A program made the position numbers and the translations under genes. Below are positions 37,094 through 50,170 of a DNA stretch of 64,000 bases, one piece after another. This stretch comes from Isurus oxyrinchus (Eukaryota). The first letter of the stretch is position 1. Each line of letters begins with the position of its first letter. The stretch is taken from assembly GCA_026770705.1 (NCBI GenBank), contig JANJGN010000004.1, forward strand, positions 108,190,001 to 108,254,000, given 5' to 3'. The notes beneath the pieces were generated by a model. The model was not told the DNA's origin. It did no database searches and worked only from the letters and a program-made list of their open reading frames with translations.

Positions 37094-38984
37094 CTATACA
37101 AAAGAAAGAGAAAAAAACAACCCACAGGTGACGGCCAAGGTTAGTTAGAAAGGAACAGAGCATTACAGGAATAACAAACCCCTCTGCAGGGGAAGAATAG
37201 CCAAAAGCTGAATGAGACATTATTAATAATCCAGTGCTGGTTTGATTCAGATTGTGCCAGGTCTTGGGTGGGAAACAAATTGATTTCCTAACACCATGAT
37301 CATGTCGGTTTCTTTACTCCTCAATACTGAACTGCATATAAAAAGGGAGCATCCACTAAATGGCTTCAAGTTGTTCAGTATCACTTAGAAATTGTGCCCC
37401 CATTATTAAATTATTGATTCTCTCTCATCCCCTTCTTTTTATTCTCCTGACACAATGTAGCATCTCTAGCGGGCCAGAGTTGCCTCTCTGAGGCTTCTTC
37501 CAATATTTCTCCACTGACTGTTTATACCAATGTGCCAGCCAATGAGTTGGAGGCATGGCAGAACTTGGAGCAACCAGTCTATCTTACACCAAACACAGCC
37601 TATTTAAACAGTGCATCAAAGCAGTCGATAGAATCCATTTAAGAAGAGTTTTGAGCTGCAGTAAAAAGAACATGATTGAAACTACAGCAACGTGAAAGCA
37701 GGGCAATTTCTCCAACAAAATGCAGTAAGTGGAGGATAGTTATATAATGCAAATTCGGTGCATAAAATCCATCCAGTCAATAACAAAAAAAAATGCAGTC
37801 TCCAGATGTGATGGGGGAAATTACACAAACATCTCCATTCTGGCCGGGAACAGTGGCGGCACTATATGCAGCTATGAATTTACACAATCATCTCCGTTCT
37901 GGCTAGGCACTCTATGTAGCCACATTTCTCTGTAATTGACCACTAACTTGAAGGTGATTGAAAAGTGTTTGCCTTTCTCTCTATTGTGAAGCTGAGAGTG
38001 GGATATTGCCAAAATTTCTTTACGATCGCCCCATTATCACACCGCTGTGCTCTACCAGACAAAACACAGTAACCAGAAGGGCCTCAATAACCCGCACAAC
38101 TATTGCAAAGCTGTGACACTTGGCAAATGGTAAGAATAGTTTTTGGTTGAGAGTTTAAGTAAATGTTCATTCCTATTCTTTGCTGATTCTAAGATGAGAC
38201 AGACCCCCATGAATTTAACACATAACACCCTGTTATGGGGATTTCCAAGATGTTGTCAAGTCATAGAACAATCAGCAGCAATTGAGGTATCCTTTGTGCT
38301 TTTAATGAAATCCCATTAAAACTAAATTTTAAGAAAAAGAAATCGCTATATGAACAGAATGTACTACAGAGGAGGACAGCGCCTAAGTTAGCAGATCTGA
38401 CTGACTGATGGAATAAATTGGCTATTCTAATCCTTGCACTTCTCCACAGATAAACATCTAAAACATAGACTGCAACAATAGCGTAGAATACTTTATGAAG
38501 AGCTCAAAGCAGTTCAACAGGCAAGTCATTGCTTTTGATATATTTCACAAAACCACGCACTTATTGTCAAGCCCCAAGGCTACCAAAAATGATCCCTTTT
38601 CAAACTAATTTGAACCAATTCCACTGCAGCTTGCAGGCACCAAGGGGGTGAAATTGGTGTTCAGCAATTGAATGAAATGCACGGGTAAATCAACAACCTG
38701 GTTTTTTTAAACCAGAAATGAAAATGATGGCGGATGTGAAACAGGGTAATCAACTTCACCCAAAAATCTCAGGACTGATATTCACAAAACATACCATGCA
38801 AGGAACTGAAGAACATACTCACACCGCTTGGAAAGGTCATGCGCTACAATTACAGCTTGAGGTTTTGGTTGCTTGCGTTAGACAGTGGAAGACTGAAGTC
38901 AGAAATACCAAAAGGAGGGTGCAAGATCAACCAACAGGTGTGCAAATTCTCATCTATTTCACAAAGCTCAACAATATTTAAGGG

Positions 38985-39242
38985 TGTCAGCTGTGGTTCA
39001 GTGGGTAACACTCTTGCCTCTGATTCGGAAGGTTGCGACTTTAAGACCTGCACCAGACATCTGAACACAAAACCTAGGCTGGCAGCTCCGGACAGTAGCG
39101 AGGGAGTGCTGCACTGTTGGAGGTGCCATTAAATCCGAGGCAGTGCCCACCCTCACGGGTGGATGCAAAAGATCCCATAACACTATTTGAAGAATGACAG
39201 GGGAGGGGTGTTCTATTTTTTTATTCCCGCATTGCTGTGTCA
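38985..39242 (+). mobile_element. Deu-type SINE, head and body
   Basis: tRNA-like head gtggttcagtgggtaacactcttgcctctga followed by gggagtgctgcactgttggaggtgcc; related pieces near 8060-8280 (-) and 49100. Confidence 0.65.
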
Positions 39243-39784
39243 CAGATTGGACCATGCAGTGATGCCACAACAGTGTTGCATCTTTCTCCTGCCAGTACTC
39301 TGATGCATTGTATCCTGTGTCAAACTTAAGACTGTGTTGCTTAAGGTGTGATGCTTGTTTGAAAGTGAGTCATTTCCCTTTGGAGGCAGGGTGGGAGTAA
39401 AGGAAAACAAAATGATCACCAGGTGAATCATCCAGGCCAGCTTCTGTACATCTCACTTCAAGCACAACAATAATGCCAATTAATAAATATTACAAATTCA
39501 GAGCTTGATGTTGTACTGACCCAGGTGCCATATAAATGCAGATCATTGTTGACTGTGTTGAACTAGCTGATCTCAGTTAGGGTGGTGACAGGGATGGTTC
39601 ATTGATCTTTCTGGTCACATCTCCTCACTGGGGAACAGATTCAAGGACAGTTGTGCCTCACACAAAATGCACATTATTCACAGGTGAGCCACGACAGAGT
39701 ACCACAGATTGTTTGATTGAAGGGGATATCACAGTTGAGCCAGACACAGACTTCGGCCAAGAATGTACAACTCACTACCACAAG

Positions 39785-41240
39785 AAGAAATTATATTTAT
39801 ATAGTGCTTTTAATGTGAAAAAAATGCCCCAAGGCGCTTCACAGGAGCATTAGAAAAGAAAGCAAAATATTACCCCAACCCACAGGAGGAGATTCAGAGT
39901 GTCTTCAAGAAGGAAAGGGAGTTAGTGAGGTCAAGAGGTGTAGAGGGCAAATTCTCAAGCCTAGGGCTTAGGCAACTGAAGGCACGGCCACCAATGATTG
40001 AACTGATTAAAATTGGGGATGCTCAGGAGTACTGAATTAGATGAGCGCAGATATATTGGACTATTGTGCAAATCAGTAGCTGGAGGGATGTACGACACAC
40101 AAGGCCAAACACTAGAGTGTTAGGATTTTGAGAGTGTTGTTGTAGGTGAATTGGGAGCTAGTTGTTCCTGGCGGTGGATATCAAAGGAAGTAGGGTTGGG
40201 GTGTGGAAGGGGGATGTGGGAGGGAGAGCAATACAAAGCAGCCATCAGAGACGGTCTTATCTGTGATTGATACAATGGGACAAGCAAGGTCACGAGAGGG
40301 CAAGACCAAGGGGGTGGCTGTGAATATGGGTTGGGGAGTGTACATGGAGGGAGAGATTTAAGAGGGCACTGAATTCAGAGGAGAAAGAACATGATGAGTT
40401 GAGATGGAGGTTGAAATCACCAAGGGTGAGAAGTCATTCAGTGCAGTGGCTGAGGGAGGAAAGCAATGAAGAAATCTCGGTGAGAAAATCATGTTTGGAA
40501 GGGTGGTAGAGAATGATTTTGAATGAGTGGTGAGAGAAGTGAACAAGCTGAGATATTCAAAGGAGGGAAAAGATGACAGAGGTGTATGGGGTCAAGTCGA
40601 GTGTTTTGACAATCTTGACTGGGCAAGTGCTGAAAGATATAACCAGGTGGGAAAGCTTCATAAGGGGAAGGTGTCATCACCCCTCAGCCAGGTTTCCATC
40701 AAGGCCATGATGTCAGTGCAATCATTTACAGTAAGTTTACGGATTAGCAAGTACCTTGTTCACATGTGAACAGACATTCTGGAGAATATGCATTGGGCTG
40801 GTAAGAGCAGAGATCACAGTGTTGGCAGTGGGAGTGATGAATTGGACAGGAAGAAGATTGACAAGATTAGCCGGCAGAGAACAAACTGGGTGGGCGGAGG
40901 ATGCGGGGAAGAGATTGTTGAGACAGTGGGACGGGGCAATTTGGGTTGCTGTTCATAATGGGTCAGCGCCAAGTGCCTTGATGAGTCCTTCAAAGGATAT
41001 CGAGAGAGGCACAGAGGGAAGTTGTAGGTTTATGTACGAGGGTGTCAAGCCTTGGATGATGGTAAGAGAGTAGGAAGGTTGAGGTGTTCTGAAAGGTTGG
41101 GTAGGGATTTGGGATGGCAGGTAATCTGAGAGTAGAGACGTGGAAGGATGTATGATGATAGAAGAGAGAGGAATCTTAGACGAGTAAAGAGAAAAGCAAA
41201 ATAAAGACCAAAAGTGGAAACAGGATGATAGACTCAGGTC
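39785..41240 (-). mobile_element. L2-clade LINE fragments (3' tail and endonuclease-region remnants)
   Basis: L2 tail at about 39790-40070. The minus strand of 40230-40740 contains endonuclease-like remnants (LGDFNLHLNS, HPLGLAL, SDKTV). Confidence 0.55.
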
Positions 41241-41394
41241 TGCAAGAAGCAGCTGAGGTGAACAGCATAGATGCTTTTAAGGGGAAAACTAGATAAGCAT
41301 GTGAGGAAGAAAGGAACAGTATTATGTTGATAAGGTGAGATGAAGAAGGGTGGGAGGAGGTTCATGTGGACCATAAACAACAGCATAGACAGAG

Positions 41395-41625
41395 ATAAAA
41401 GCAAAATACTGCAGATGCTGGAAATCTGAAATAAAACCAGAAAATGCTGGAAAAACTCAGCAGGTCTGGCGGCATCTGTGGAGAGAGAAACAGAGTTAAT
41501 GTTTCGAGTCCATATGACTCTTCTTCGGAGCTCTGAAGAGTCATATGGACTTGAAACGTTATCTCTGTTTCTCTCTCCACAGATGCTGCTAGACCTGCTG
41601 AGCTTCTTGAGTATTTTGTTTTTTA
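41395..41625. mobile_element. Palindromic PLE-terminus insert with two decayed hammerhead motifs
   Basis: Arms fold back around GAGCTC (41528-41533): gtttcgagtccatatgactcttcttcg GAGCTC tgaagagtcatatggacttgaaacg. Confidence 0.82.
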
Positions 41626-43244
41626 TACCAGCCTGTTGCTGTGCTGCATATTCTCATCACTGTTCACAAATGTTCCTTAACTGTCGCTGAATCAAAATCC
41701 TGAAGCTCCCTCCCAAACAGCACTGCGGGGTGTACCTGCACTACATGGAAAGCAGCAGTTCGAGGTGGTGGTGAGCCACCACCACCTCCTCAAGGGCAAC
41801 TAGAGATGGGCAATAAAATTGCTGGCTTAGCCAGTGTGTCCATGTCCCATGAAAGAATTTTTAAAAACCCTGAAAGGGTCCTGGATAATGATATCCTTCA
41901 CCCAGGAGTGATGCGATCAACTGGGACACTCCAACCTGTATCCATGTTTGGCTCAACTAAGAGAGGGAAAGGGATTGAACTTGGAGCTTTCCTTGTTGAC
42001 GTGGCTCCACCTATATACTGGACAAACTGAGTATTGGGAGGGTTTTTTGAAGTATCCTGTAATATTTTTTGGTGGGAGATTTCTCATGACTTGCAGTCAC
42101 CGCTCCCCCCATCCCCTCAAATTTATTAATATCTTTTCACCTCACCAATTAAAAATATGTTGAAATTAAACTATTCTTTGAGCTGAGTTGGTTCCAAAAA
42201 CAAATCTCAAATCTCACAGGAGTTCAGAGCATGAATGACGTTACATAAGCACCACCCTATCTTTAAAGCAGGCTGTATCACACACAAGTAAACAGATAAT
42301 GAAACACATGGGAAGGAGATGTTCTCCATTCCTGCTTTGTTACGTGTCTAGATGGTGGTTGCACTTAAAACAATGCGGTGAAGTTCAGCTCATGAAAACC
42401 ATTTTCAGTCACCAGAGCTGCTCTTGATCTGGTCCAGATGCTCGCCATGCTATTAGACTGCAGACATGCAATGCTCTGGAGTAGGAAGGATTATGTCTGC
42501 ACGCTAGGGGGAACCTGGACAGATCAAGCAACACACTGTCAAACAAAGGAGCCCTTCAGAATGACAGCAAAGTAATTTGGAGATTAAAAAAAAGCTTTTG
42601 TAGTTAAACTATGCATCACTGCAGTAAGTTTCAGTCACAACAACCGTAATTTTTTTTTGTGTCAAGGTCATGTTCAACCAGTAGTCATGCTAGTTGATCA
42701 CATTCTCAACTCCAGTCGGCTCTTGAAGAGACAGCTCTGTGGTGTTAAAGTATAGACTCGGCAAGATAAATACACCTGCTCTAAAAGGGGAATTCTTAAC
42801 AACAGTCTTCAGTCCTACCAGAGTCATGCAGTACTTCATTTGGGTTGTGTGTGGTTTCATTCCCAGCTTTTGTGGCTGGAAATAGCAATGACAAGAATAC
42901 ATATTTCAACAACTGAAGCATTTATTCTGTGCCAATGTAGAAAAATGCCCCCAAAATGCTTTCGCAAGTTGAAAATACTGTGTACCAAGACAGTGAATAA
43001 AAATCCCCAGAACTGGAAACATGATTTCCACTAAAAACAAAAATTTAAATTAATTTTGTTTCCTGTCATTCATTCAGCGGTTACTATCCCAGTTGCTTTA
43101 ATTGAACCTCATACTTCAGCAGTTTAACAGTAACATGAAAACCTCTCGCTCTCAGGTCAAGATTTATAGCAACAATTACAATTTGCATTTATATAATCCC
43201 TTTAACGTAGTAGAACATACTAAGGCACCTCACAGGAGCATCAG

Positions 43245-43287
43245 ACACAATTCGTTACCAAGCCACACAATTCGTTACCAAGCCACA
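43245..43287 (+). repeat. 20-bp tandem duplication inside an L2 remnant
   Basis: ACACAATTCGTTACCAAGCC twice, followed by ACA. Confidence 0.9.
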
Positions 43288-44249
43288 TAAGATAATGTTA
43301 AGACAGGTGACCAAAAGCTCAGAAAAAGAGGCAGATTTTAACAAGTGTCTTAAAAGGAAAGTGAGAAAGGTGGAGAGGTTTAGGGAGGAAATTCGAGATT
43401 ATTAAGTCTTAAACTGCTATATTAAGAATGAGAACTCTGGAGATAAACTAGTCATCACAAATCAATACTGCTAACCCAGGATGGCCAGACAGAGTGGTGG
43501 GCTTGTGAACAGGTAAATTCAAGCAGCTGCCATGTACAGCTGCCAAAAGAAAATCGTGCAACTATGATATTCGAGCCATTCAATATTGCAGTATTCTCTC
43601 TCAAACATTAGAACTAGAAGTAGAATGTTTGACAATTAATGGTGAGGTAAGACATTGAGGCCCAGATCTTCTGGTTTCCGCATCGTCAGCAACCAGATGT
43701 GCCCCCAGGATGCACTACAGGACCCTACAGAGGTCCCTGGCTTTGATGCACTGACTGTGGGAATTGTCCGGGATGTTTGAACTTCCGACGAGCAATTCCC
43801 CTACTTCCCGAGACCCTCTGGAAAAAGTCTCCAACTCGGAGTCAGAGTTGGATACTTTAGAAAGTTCTGATTTTCTTATCTGAATAGTTAACGAGGAAAT
43901 TTTAGATGGATAAAACCTAGCCTAACTCCTAGGTAATTACACAACTGACTCTCCCGACTCCACTCCCTGACTCCCGATCCAACCTGACTACTGCACTGAC
44001 CCACCCCAACTCCCCCCTGACCACCCGACTACCCCTCGAGCCAACCTGACTAGACCCCACCACGTGACTATGGTTTCAGCAGCTTTTACACAAAGACTGG
44101 CATCTGGCCTTCACAAATCGTTGCAATATTTGTCACAGTAAGACTGCATGTAATATTAGAGGAGAAAATTAGAAAGTGCATTCCACGCAGCACGGGCAGG
44201 GATTGTACATGCAGTCATGCAGTCTGATAATCCGAAGGATGTGATAACT

Positions 44250-45220
44250 AAGGGTAGTGTCTTAGGCCCAACCATCTACTTCATTAATGACCTTCCTTTC
44301 ATCATAAGGTCAGAAGTGGAGATGCTCGTTGATGATTGCACAATGTTCAGCACCATTTGCAACTCATCAGATACTGAAGCAGTCCATGTCCAAATGCAGC
44401 AAGACCTGGACAATATCCAGGCTAGGGCTGACAAGTGGCAAGTAACATTCACACCACACAAGTGCCAGGCAATGGCCATCTCCAACAAGAGAGAATCTAA
44501 CCATTGACCCTTGACGTTCAATGGCATTATCATTGTGGAATCCTGCACTATTAATATCCTGGGGGTTACCATTGACCAGAAACTGAATTGGACCAGCCAC
44601 ATAAATACAATAGCAGGGCAGAGGCTCGGAATCCTGTGGTGAGTAACTCACCTCCTGACTCCCCAAAGCCTGTCCACCATCTACAGGGCATAAGTCAGGA
44701 GTGTGATGGAATACTCTCCACTTGCTTGGATGAGTGCAGCTCCAACAACACTCAAGAAGCTTGACACTGTCCAGGACAGAGCAGCCCGCTTGATTGGCAC
44801 CCCATCCACAAACATTCACTTCCTCCACCACCAATACACAATGGCTGCAGTGTGTATCATTTACAAGGTGCACTGCAGGAACTCACCAAAGCTCCTTGGA
44901 CAGCACATTCCAAACCTACGGTCACTATCATTCAGAAGGACAAGGGCAGCAGACGCATGGGAACACCACCACCTGTAAGTTCCCCTCCAAGCCACACAGC
45001 ATCCTGACTTGGAACTATATCGCCGTCCCTTCAATGTTGCTGGGTCAAAATCTTGGAACTCCCTCTCCAACAGCACTGTGGGTGTACCTACACCACATGG
45101 ACTGCAGCGGTTCAAGAAGGCAGCTCACCACCACCTTCTCAAGGGCAATTAGGGATGGGCAACAAATGCCAGCCTAGCCAGTGACACCAACATCCCATGA
45201 ATAAGTAAATAAAAAAAAAA
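44250..45220 (+). mobile_element. CR1-clade LINE 3' kilobase (RT end and tail)
   Basis: GSVLGPTIYFINDLP, MLVDDCT, QQDLDNIQARADKWQVTF, MEYSPLAW. Confidence 0.85.
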
Positions 45221-45643
45221 TGCTGTTTTGAAGGTATCCTTAAAAATGCAGACACATGGGGTTATCATCTTTTGGAAATACAGGAAGTTTAATGTTTAAA
45301 CAGGACTTATTAATATAAAAGAAATTAAGTTCTTTACTAGTAAAATGTCCCAACTATGTTCACAAAAATTTGAAACTATATATTACATACACATCAAGTG
45401 TGATATACAGGTAAAAGCCAGGGATAAATGGACTAAGTTCACTTCTCCAATGGAGAGTACTGATCAAATACAAGGAATCCTGCCCTGGCAAAAAGTAACT
45501 GCTATTTAAAATTATGGATCTGTCCATCATTTTTGCAAATCTTACAACTGCTGGTTTGACCAATGTGACCTTTACTGGGACTGAAGTGCTGCAGGCTGTA
45601 AGTTTCAACCAAGAATATGTTTTTGTGAAGAAAATGAAACCTA

Positions 45644-47421
45644 CCATAGATCATGGCGTAAAGTTGACTTTTGAAGCCTTGAAAAATTTTTCCAACTTGG
45701 AGCTTGACTTATACGTCAAGTATAAAACATGATCCCCCTAGTCTGGGTGTGGGTGGGCTCCATTTTGAAATGTGAAAAAAAAGCAGTAATTCAAATTAGA
45801 TCAGTGTGACATGTTTTATTGAGTGAATTAATTCTACAAGCATACCTTTAATCACAACCAAAACATTCTAAAAACTGTCAAATTCATTGTCTTCTGCAAC
45901 GGGTGGAGAGTTCATCGAATTCATTTGAAGTCACTTTAGCTACAACATAATCATAAGGATCCCACTCTGGATCAGATTTGGTGCTTTCAGTTTCAGAATC
46001 ATCCTTCCACAACAAATCATCTTCCTCTCCATCCGTTGACTTGAATGTTCTGCATTTTATGAACAATCTGATGACAATTTGTGCATTAATAATGAAACAC
46101 AAAACATCAAGCAGGGTAGCATGCATAATTCCATACTTTGCGAAGGTTTTTTCTCCATCAACCATCCACCTATTGCATTCAGCACGAACATGATCCTTGA
46201 ACCATTTGTTAATGCACACATCCAAAAGTTGAACCACAGACATTAGATCCTTCTGGTATAACTGCAACGTGGGTGTTATTTCTTTGCAGGTGTCTCTTGA
46301 TCTCATTGGATATGTGGGATTTGAACATGTCTCACACTAATAAGGTGGTTCTTTGCATAGGCCACTAGGTCACATATTCTACATAATCTACAGATCCATA
46401 ACTTCACTCCATCCTCCAACTGTTGTCACAGGTATGCACAAAACTCCTGCAGGGAACTTGATTTTCAGCATGCTTTAATGTTTGAAAATTACCTTAGGCT
46501 TTTAATTTCTGTTTGCCATGCAGGCTGGTGCCATCATAAATCTTTTGTGTCTTGTAGTTTTCACTATAACTGTTCTTGAACCTTTCCAGTCCATAGTTTG
46601 GCTGCTGAGGATTGCGAAATCCATGGACGTTTCATTCATGTTTCCAATGTGACATAATAAGTACTCATATTTTTGCCACTGTCTGGTAATGAATTGCTAG
46701 AGACCAGGAATTTTGACATCGAGGTCTTTTGGTAGTCCCTGATTATCTTAGTCTTCTGCCACAATACTAGACTGATTTTGTTCCACGAAACGGTTACTGT
46801 GGCTAGCTGTTGGTCTGAAATCTTTGCTGAACTCAGGCTTTTTGGCCCGCTTAAATGCACATATAGGAATTATATTTCTGGTGACAACGTAACCATTCGA
46901 TTTTCGAGGAACCTATTCTGATACATGCCTCTCAAGATCAGGCCAGTCGCTGGTCCTTGTTCTCATAGCGCATTTGGTCTTAGCCATTTTCTTCAGGGTG
47001 GATTCCTTCTTTCAGTGTTAGTCGAGTTTTTCACCAACAGCAAATTCCCTCACTGCAGCACAGTTTTTGGCAAATGTTACGACTTGTAGCTCGAAATCAG
47101 CTCCGTACTTGTTCTTTTTGCTGGAGGACTCTTTTGTGTTTGTCGTTCACCATGTGCAGTCTTGCTGTGTGTGGGTGTGTCTTAAACTTCTACACATCTT
47201 CTTGGCAACACAACCCATATCATCTGCTTGATCCCATGCGCCGACTTATGAGAGTGAAACATGTGTTTCTGAGGTGAAAAATTGAGGCCAACTCCTCATG
47301 TGAATTTAGCATTTCTGAGCAGAAAAGACTTAGATGCTGAATATAGATATAAACGTGATTTTTGGCGCCATAAAAGGGGATATTTTGACTGTGGGGTCAT
47401 CTTATCCGCCACGACCCACGG
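45644..47421 (-). mobile_element. Full-length but decayed pogo/Tc2-like (POGK-type) DNA transposon
   Basis: TA on both sides (45642-45643, 47422-47423). Imperfect TIRs CCATAGATCATGGCGTA-AAGTTGAC vs CCGTGGGTCGTGGCGGATAAGATGAC. Remnants of a Brinker-like DBD (KYGADFELQVVTFA..NCAAVREFAVGEK), CENP-B HTH (WPDLERHV) and DDE_1 (QLLDVCINKWFKDHVR...DGEEDDLLW). Confidence 0.85.
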
Positions 47422-49028
47422 TACAGTGATACATAAACAGGAGATCTTAATACATGGGAGATCTCAAACTGTGTCTATGTTGAAATCTAGGCCTTCTCGC
47501 CTCAAATTATCGAATGAAAATGGCATAGCACAGCAGAAAAGCATAGGCAATCTCCCAATCCACACCAGGCTGTGCTATGCCAGGAGGGCAGTGAACTGGG
47601 CAGGATTCCCCACCACAGGCTATCGTGGTCCCTTGCAGGGTAAGAAGCGAGAGACCAGCTGTTAAATGGGTTTCACAGGCATGTGGTTTGGGCAAAGCTA
47701 TTTTGCCTGGAGGAACCTGTGAAGAATACAGGTGTAAAACTCAGTACGTTCCTCAATGGAAGCAAAAATCCTCAAATTAGAGACAAACATGGCCGCTCTG
47801 AGTTCCTTCAGAAAAACCCTTTGCACTGTTCAGTTCCTACAAATGAATTTTGAATTACTTTTAACGCTTCATGGCATGTTCTTAGGTCCAGCTGCATAAC
47901 TGCCTGAATTAAGTGTTGAACACCACCGAAGTGAAAAAATCTGAACCAAAAGCTGTGTTAATATCAATTGCACATATAGACTGGCCAAAAGCTCCAGCAA
48001 TGAACTAATATCAGGAGTTCACAAAGTGATGGAGCATCTTCTAGATTTAATACTCCACAAGCTTCTACTGACAGCTGAGCCCCTCCATTATTTACAACCT
48101 TGCAGTCATCCCAATATGTTAATTTCTTCCCCCCTAATTGTGTAAATTTGAATAAGGCAACAGTTTTCACTAACACCTGTATCAGCACAGTAAAACAACT
48201 TGGATTTATACAGCTGCTTTAACAAAGTCACATGTCCTAAGGCACTTCAAAGTAGTGTAATAAACAAATGTGACACTGGATCCCCAGAGATATTAGAACA
48301 GATGACCAAAACATTTAGTCAAAAGAGATAGGTTTTAAGAAGCGTCTCAAAGGAAGAAGAAATGTGAACAGCTTTAGGGAAGGAATTCCAGAAGTTACAG
48401 TCCAAGCAGCTGAAGCAAAGAAAATTAGGGATCCACAACAATCAGAATTGAAGGAATGCAGAAATCTCAGAAGGTTGAAGGGTACCAGGATGTTACAGAG
48501 AAAGGGAGGTTCGAGGCCATGGAGGGATTCGAAAATAAGGATGAGAATTTTAAAACCAAGGAGAAATTGTGGAGACAGTTAGCACATGGTTCTTTCATCT
48601 TTGGGACATGGGCTTAAGTATAGTTGAAACTGATGGAATGAATGCCTTCCTTCTTCGTTTGCTGCACAAGATCTCAGTGGAATGAATTTGGCAAGTCAGT
48701 TAATTTCCCAATACGGTGTAGGTCATAGCACAAATCGTCCTTAGCTTGTCAATCAGAAAAACCATTCACAGAGATAGAAATGTCACATTGGTACAGTAGA
48801 ATCAGCCCTTTCAAGGTTGGGGTTAAGGCAACAATGGGGTTGGATTTTCTGAAAACCCAACTTTGGAAAGGAAACCTGGCATCCTTATCCAGTCTGGCCA
48901 ACGTGACCTCTGACCCACAACAATGTAGTAGATAATTAACTGTCCTATTGAAGTGCCTTGCAAACCAGTCAGTTTTATCAAAATGCTATACGGATCAAAA
49001 GTGCCAACACCAAATATACATAATCTAG

Positions 49029-49083
49029 AACAAAAACAGAATTACCTGGAAAAACTCAGCAGGTCTGGCAGCATCGGCGGAGA
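49029..49083 (-). mobile_element. 55-bp PLE terminus insertion (young subfamily)
   Basis: aacaaaaacagaattacctggaaaaactcagcaggtctggcagcatcggcggaga with the perfect 13-bp TSD ATACATAATCTAG (49016-49028 / 49084-49096). Confidence 0.88.
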
Positions 49084-49303
49084 ATACATAATCTAGGCTT
49101 GGACCTCAGTGCAGCACTCCCTCAGTACTGCATTGTTGGAGGTGTTGTCTTTCAGATGAGATGACAACCTGAGGCTCTATTTGCAATCTCAAGGGAAGAT
49201 AAAAGATTCCACAACACTATTCATAGAGCTGGGCAGTTCTCCCAGTGTCACAACCAATATTTATTCCATAACCAAAATCACTAAAACAGATTGTTTGGTT
49301 ATT

Positions 49304-49991
49304 TTTTATTCATTCATGTGATCTAGGTAATGCTGGGTAGGCCAACATTTATTGCCCATCCCTAACTGCCGTGGAGAAGCTGGTAGTGAGTCGTCTTCTT
49401 TAACCGCTGCAGTCCATGTGGAGTAGGTACACCCACAGTTAGAGAGGGAGTTCCAGGATTTTCAGCCAGCGACAGTGAAGGAACAGCGATATATTTCCAA
49501 GTCAGGTTGGTGAATGGCTTGGAGGGAAACGTGCATCTGCTGCCCTTGTCCTTCTAGATGGTAGTGGTTGAGGGTTTGGAAGGTGCTGTCTAAGGAGTCT
49601 TGGTGAGTTGCTGCATTGCATCTTGCACATGGTGCACACTGCTGCCACTGTGTGTCAGTGGTGGAGGGAGTGGATGTTTGTGGATGGGATGCCAATCAAG
49701 TGGGCTGCTTTGTCCTGGATGGTGTCGAGCTTCTTGAGTGTTGTTGGAGCTGCACTGATCCAAGCAAGTGGAGAGTATTCCATCACACTCCTGACTTGTG
49801 CCTGTAGAGGGTGGACAGGATTTGAGGAGTCGGGAGGTTGGCTACATGCTGCAGGATGTAGCCTCTGACCTGCTCTTGTAGTCACAGTATTTGTACAGCT
49901 AGTCCAGTTCAGTTTCTGGTCAAAGCAACGTCCCAGGATGTTGATAGTGGGGGATTCCATGATGGTGATGCCACTGAATGTCAAGGGCGAT
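49304..49991 (-). mobile_element. CR1-clade LINE 3' fragment
   Basis: ESPTINILG..DQKLNW..QVRSVMEYSPLAWISAAPTTLKKLDTIQDKAAHLIG; tail at about 49304. Confidence 0.85.
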
Positions 49992-50001
49992 AGCTATAGT
50001 A

Positions 50002-50170
50002 CAAAGTACATATGCTTTGCAAATAAAAACTAGAGTTCCCCTTATTCTAATTGTAAGGTGTAAATTGATGATTTCATAAGGTGCACCTTGTTAAATGAAT
50101 GCTCAGAGTGCAGAGTGTACACATTTTGGATTTGGTGTATTATCTAACAATCAAATTAGTAGTAGAGTAG
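50002..50170 (+). repeat. 169-bp direct duplicate of 52037-52205
   Basis: caaagtacatatgctttgc...ttagtagtagagtag; 4 mismatches counted by eye. Confidence 0.95.

Noticed and set aside
36897-37220. 107-aa ORF as a standalone gene
   Set aside because: Only 36927-37093 is exon; the flanks are intron read-through.
42690-42902. Extra minus-strand KIAA1958 exon after ccccttttAG near 42780
   Set aside because: No recognisable homology, early stops and no convincing donor.
43245-43287. CRISPR-like or functional repeat array
   Set aside because: A simple two-unit tandem duplication with no spacers, in a eukaryotic TE remnant.
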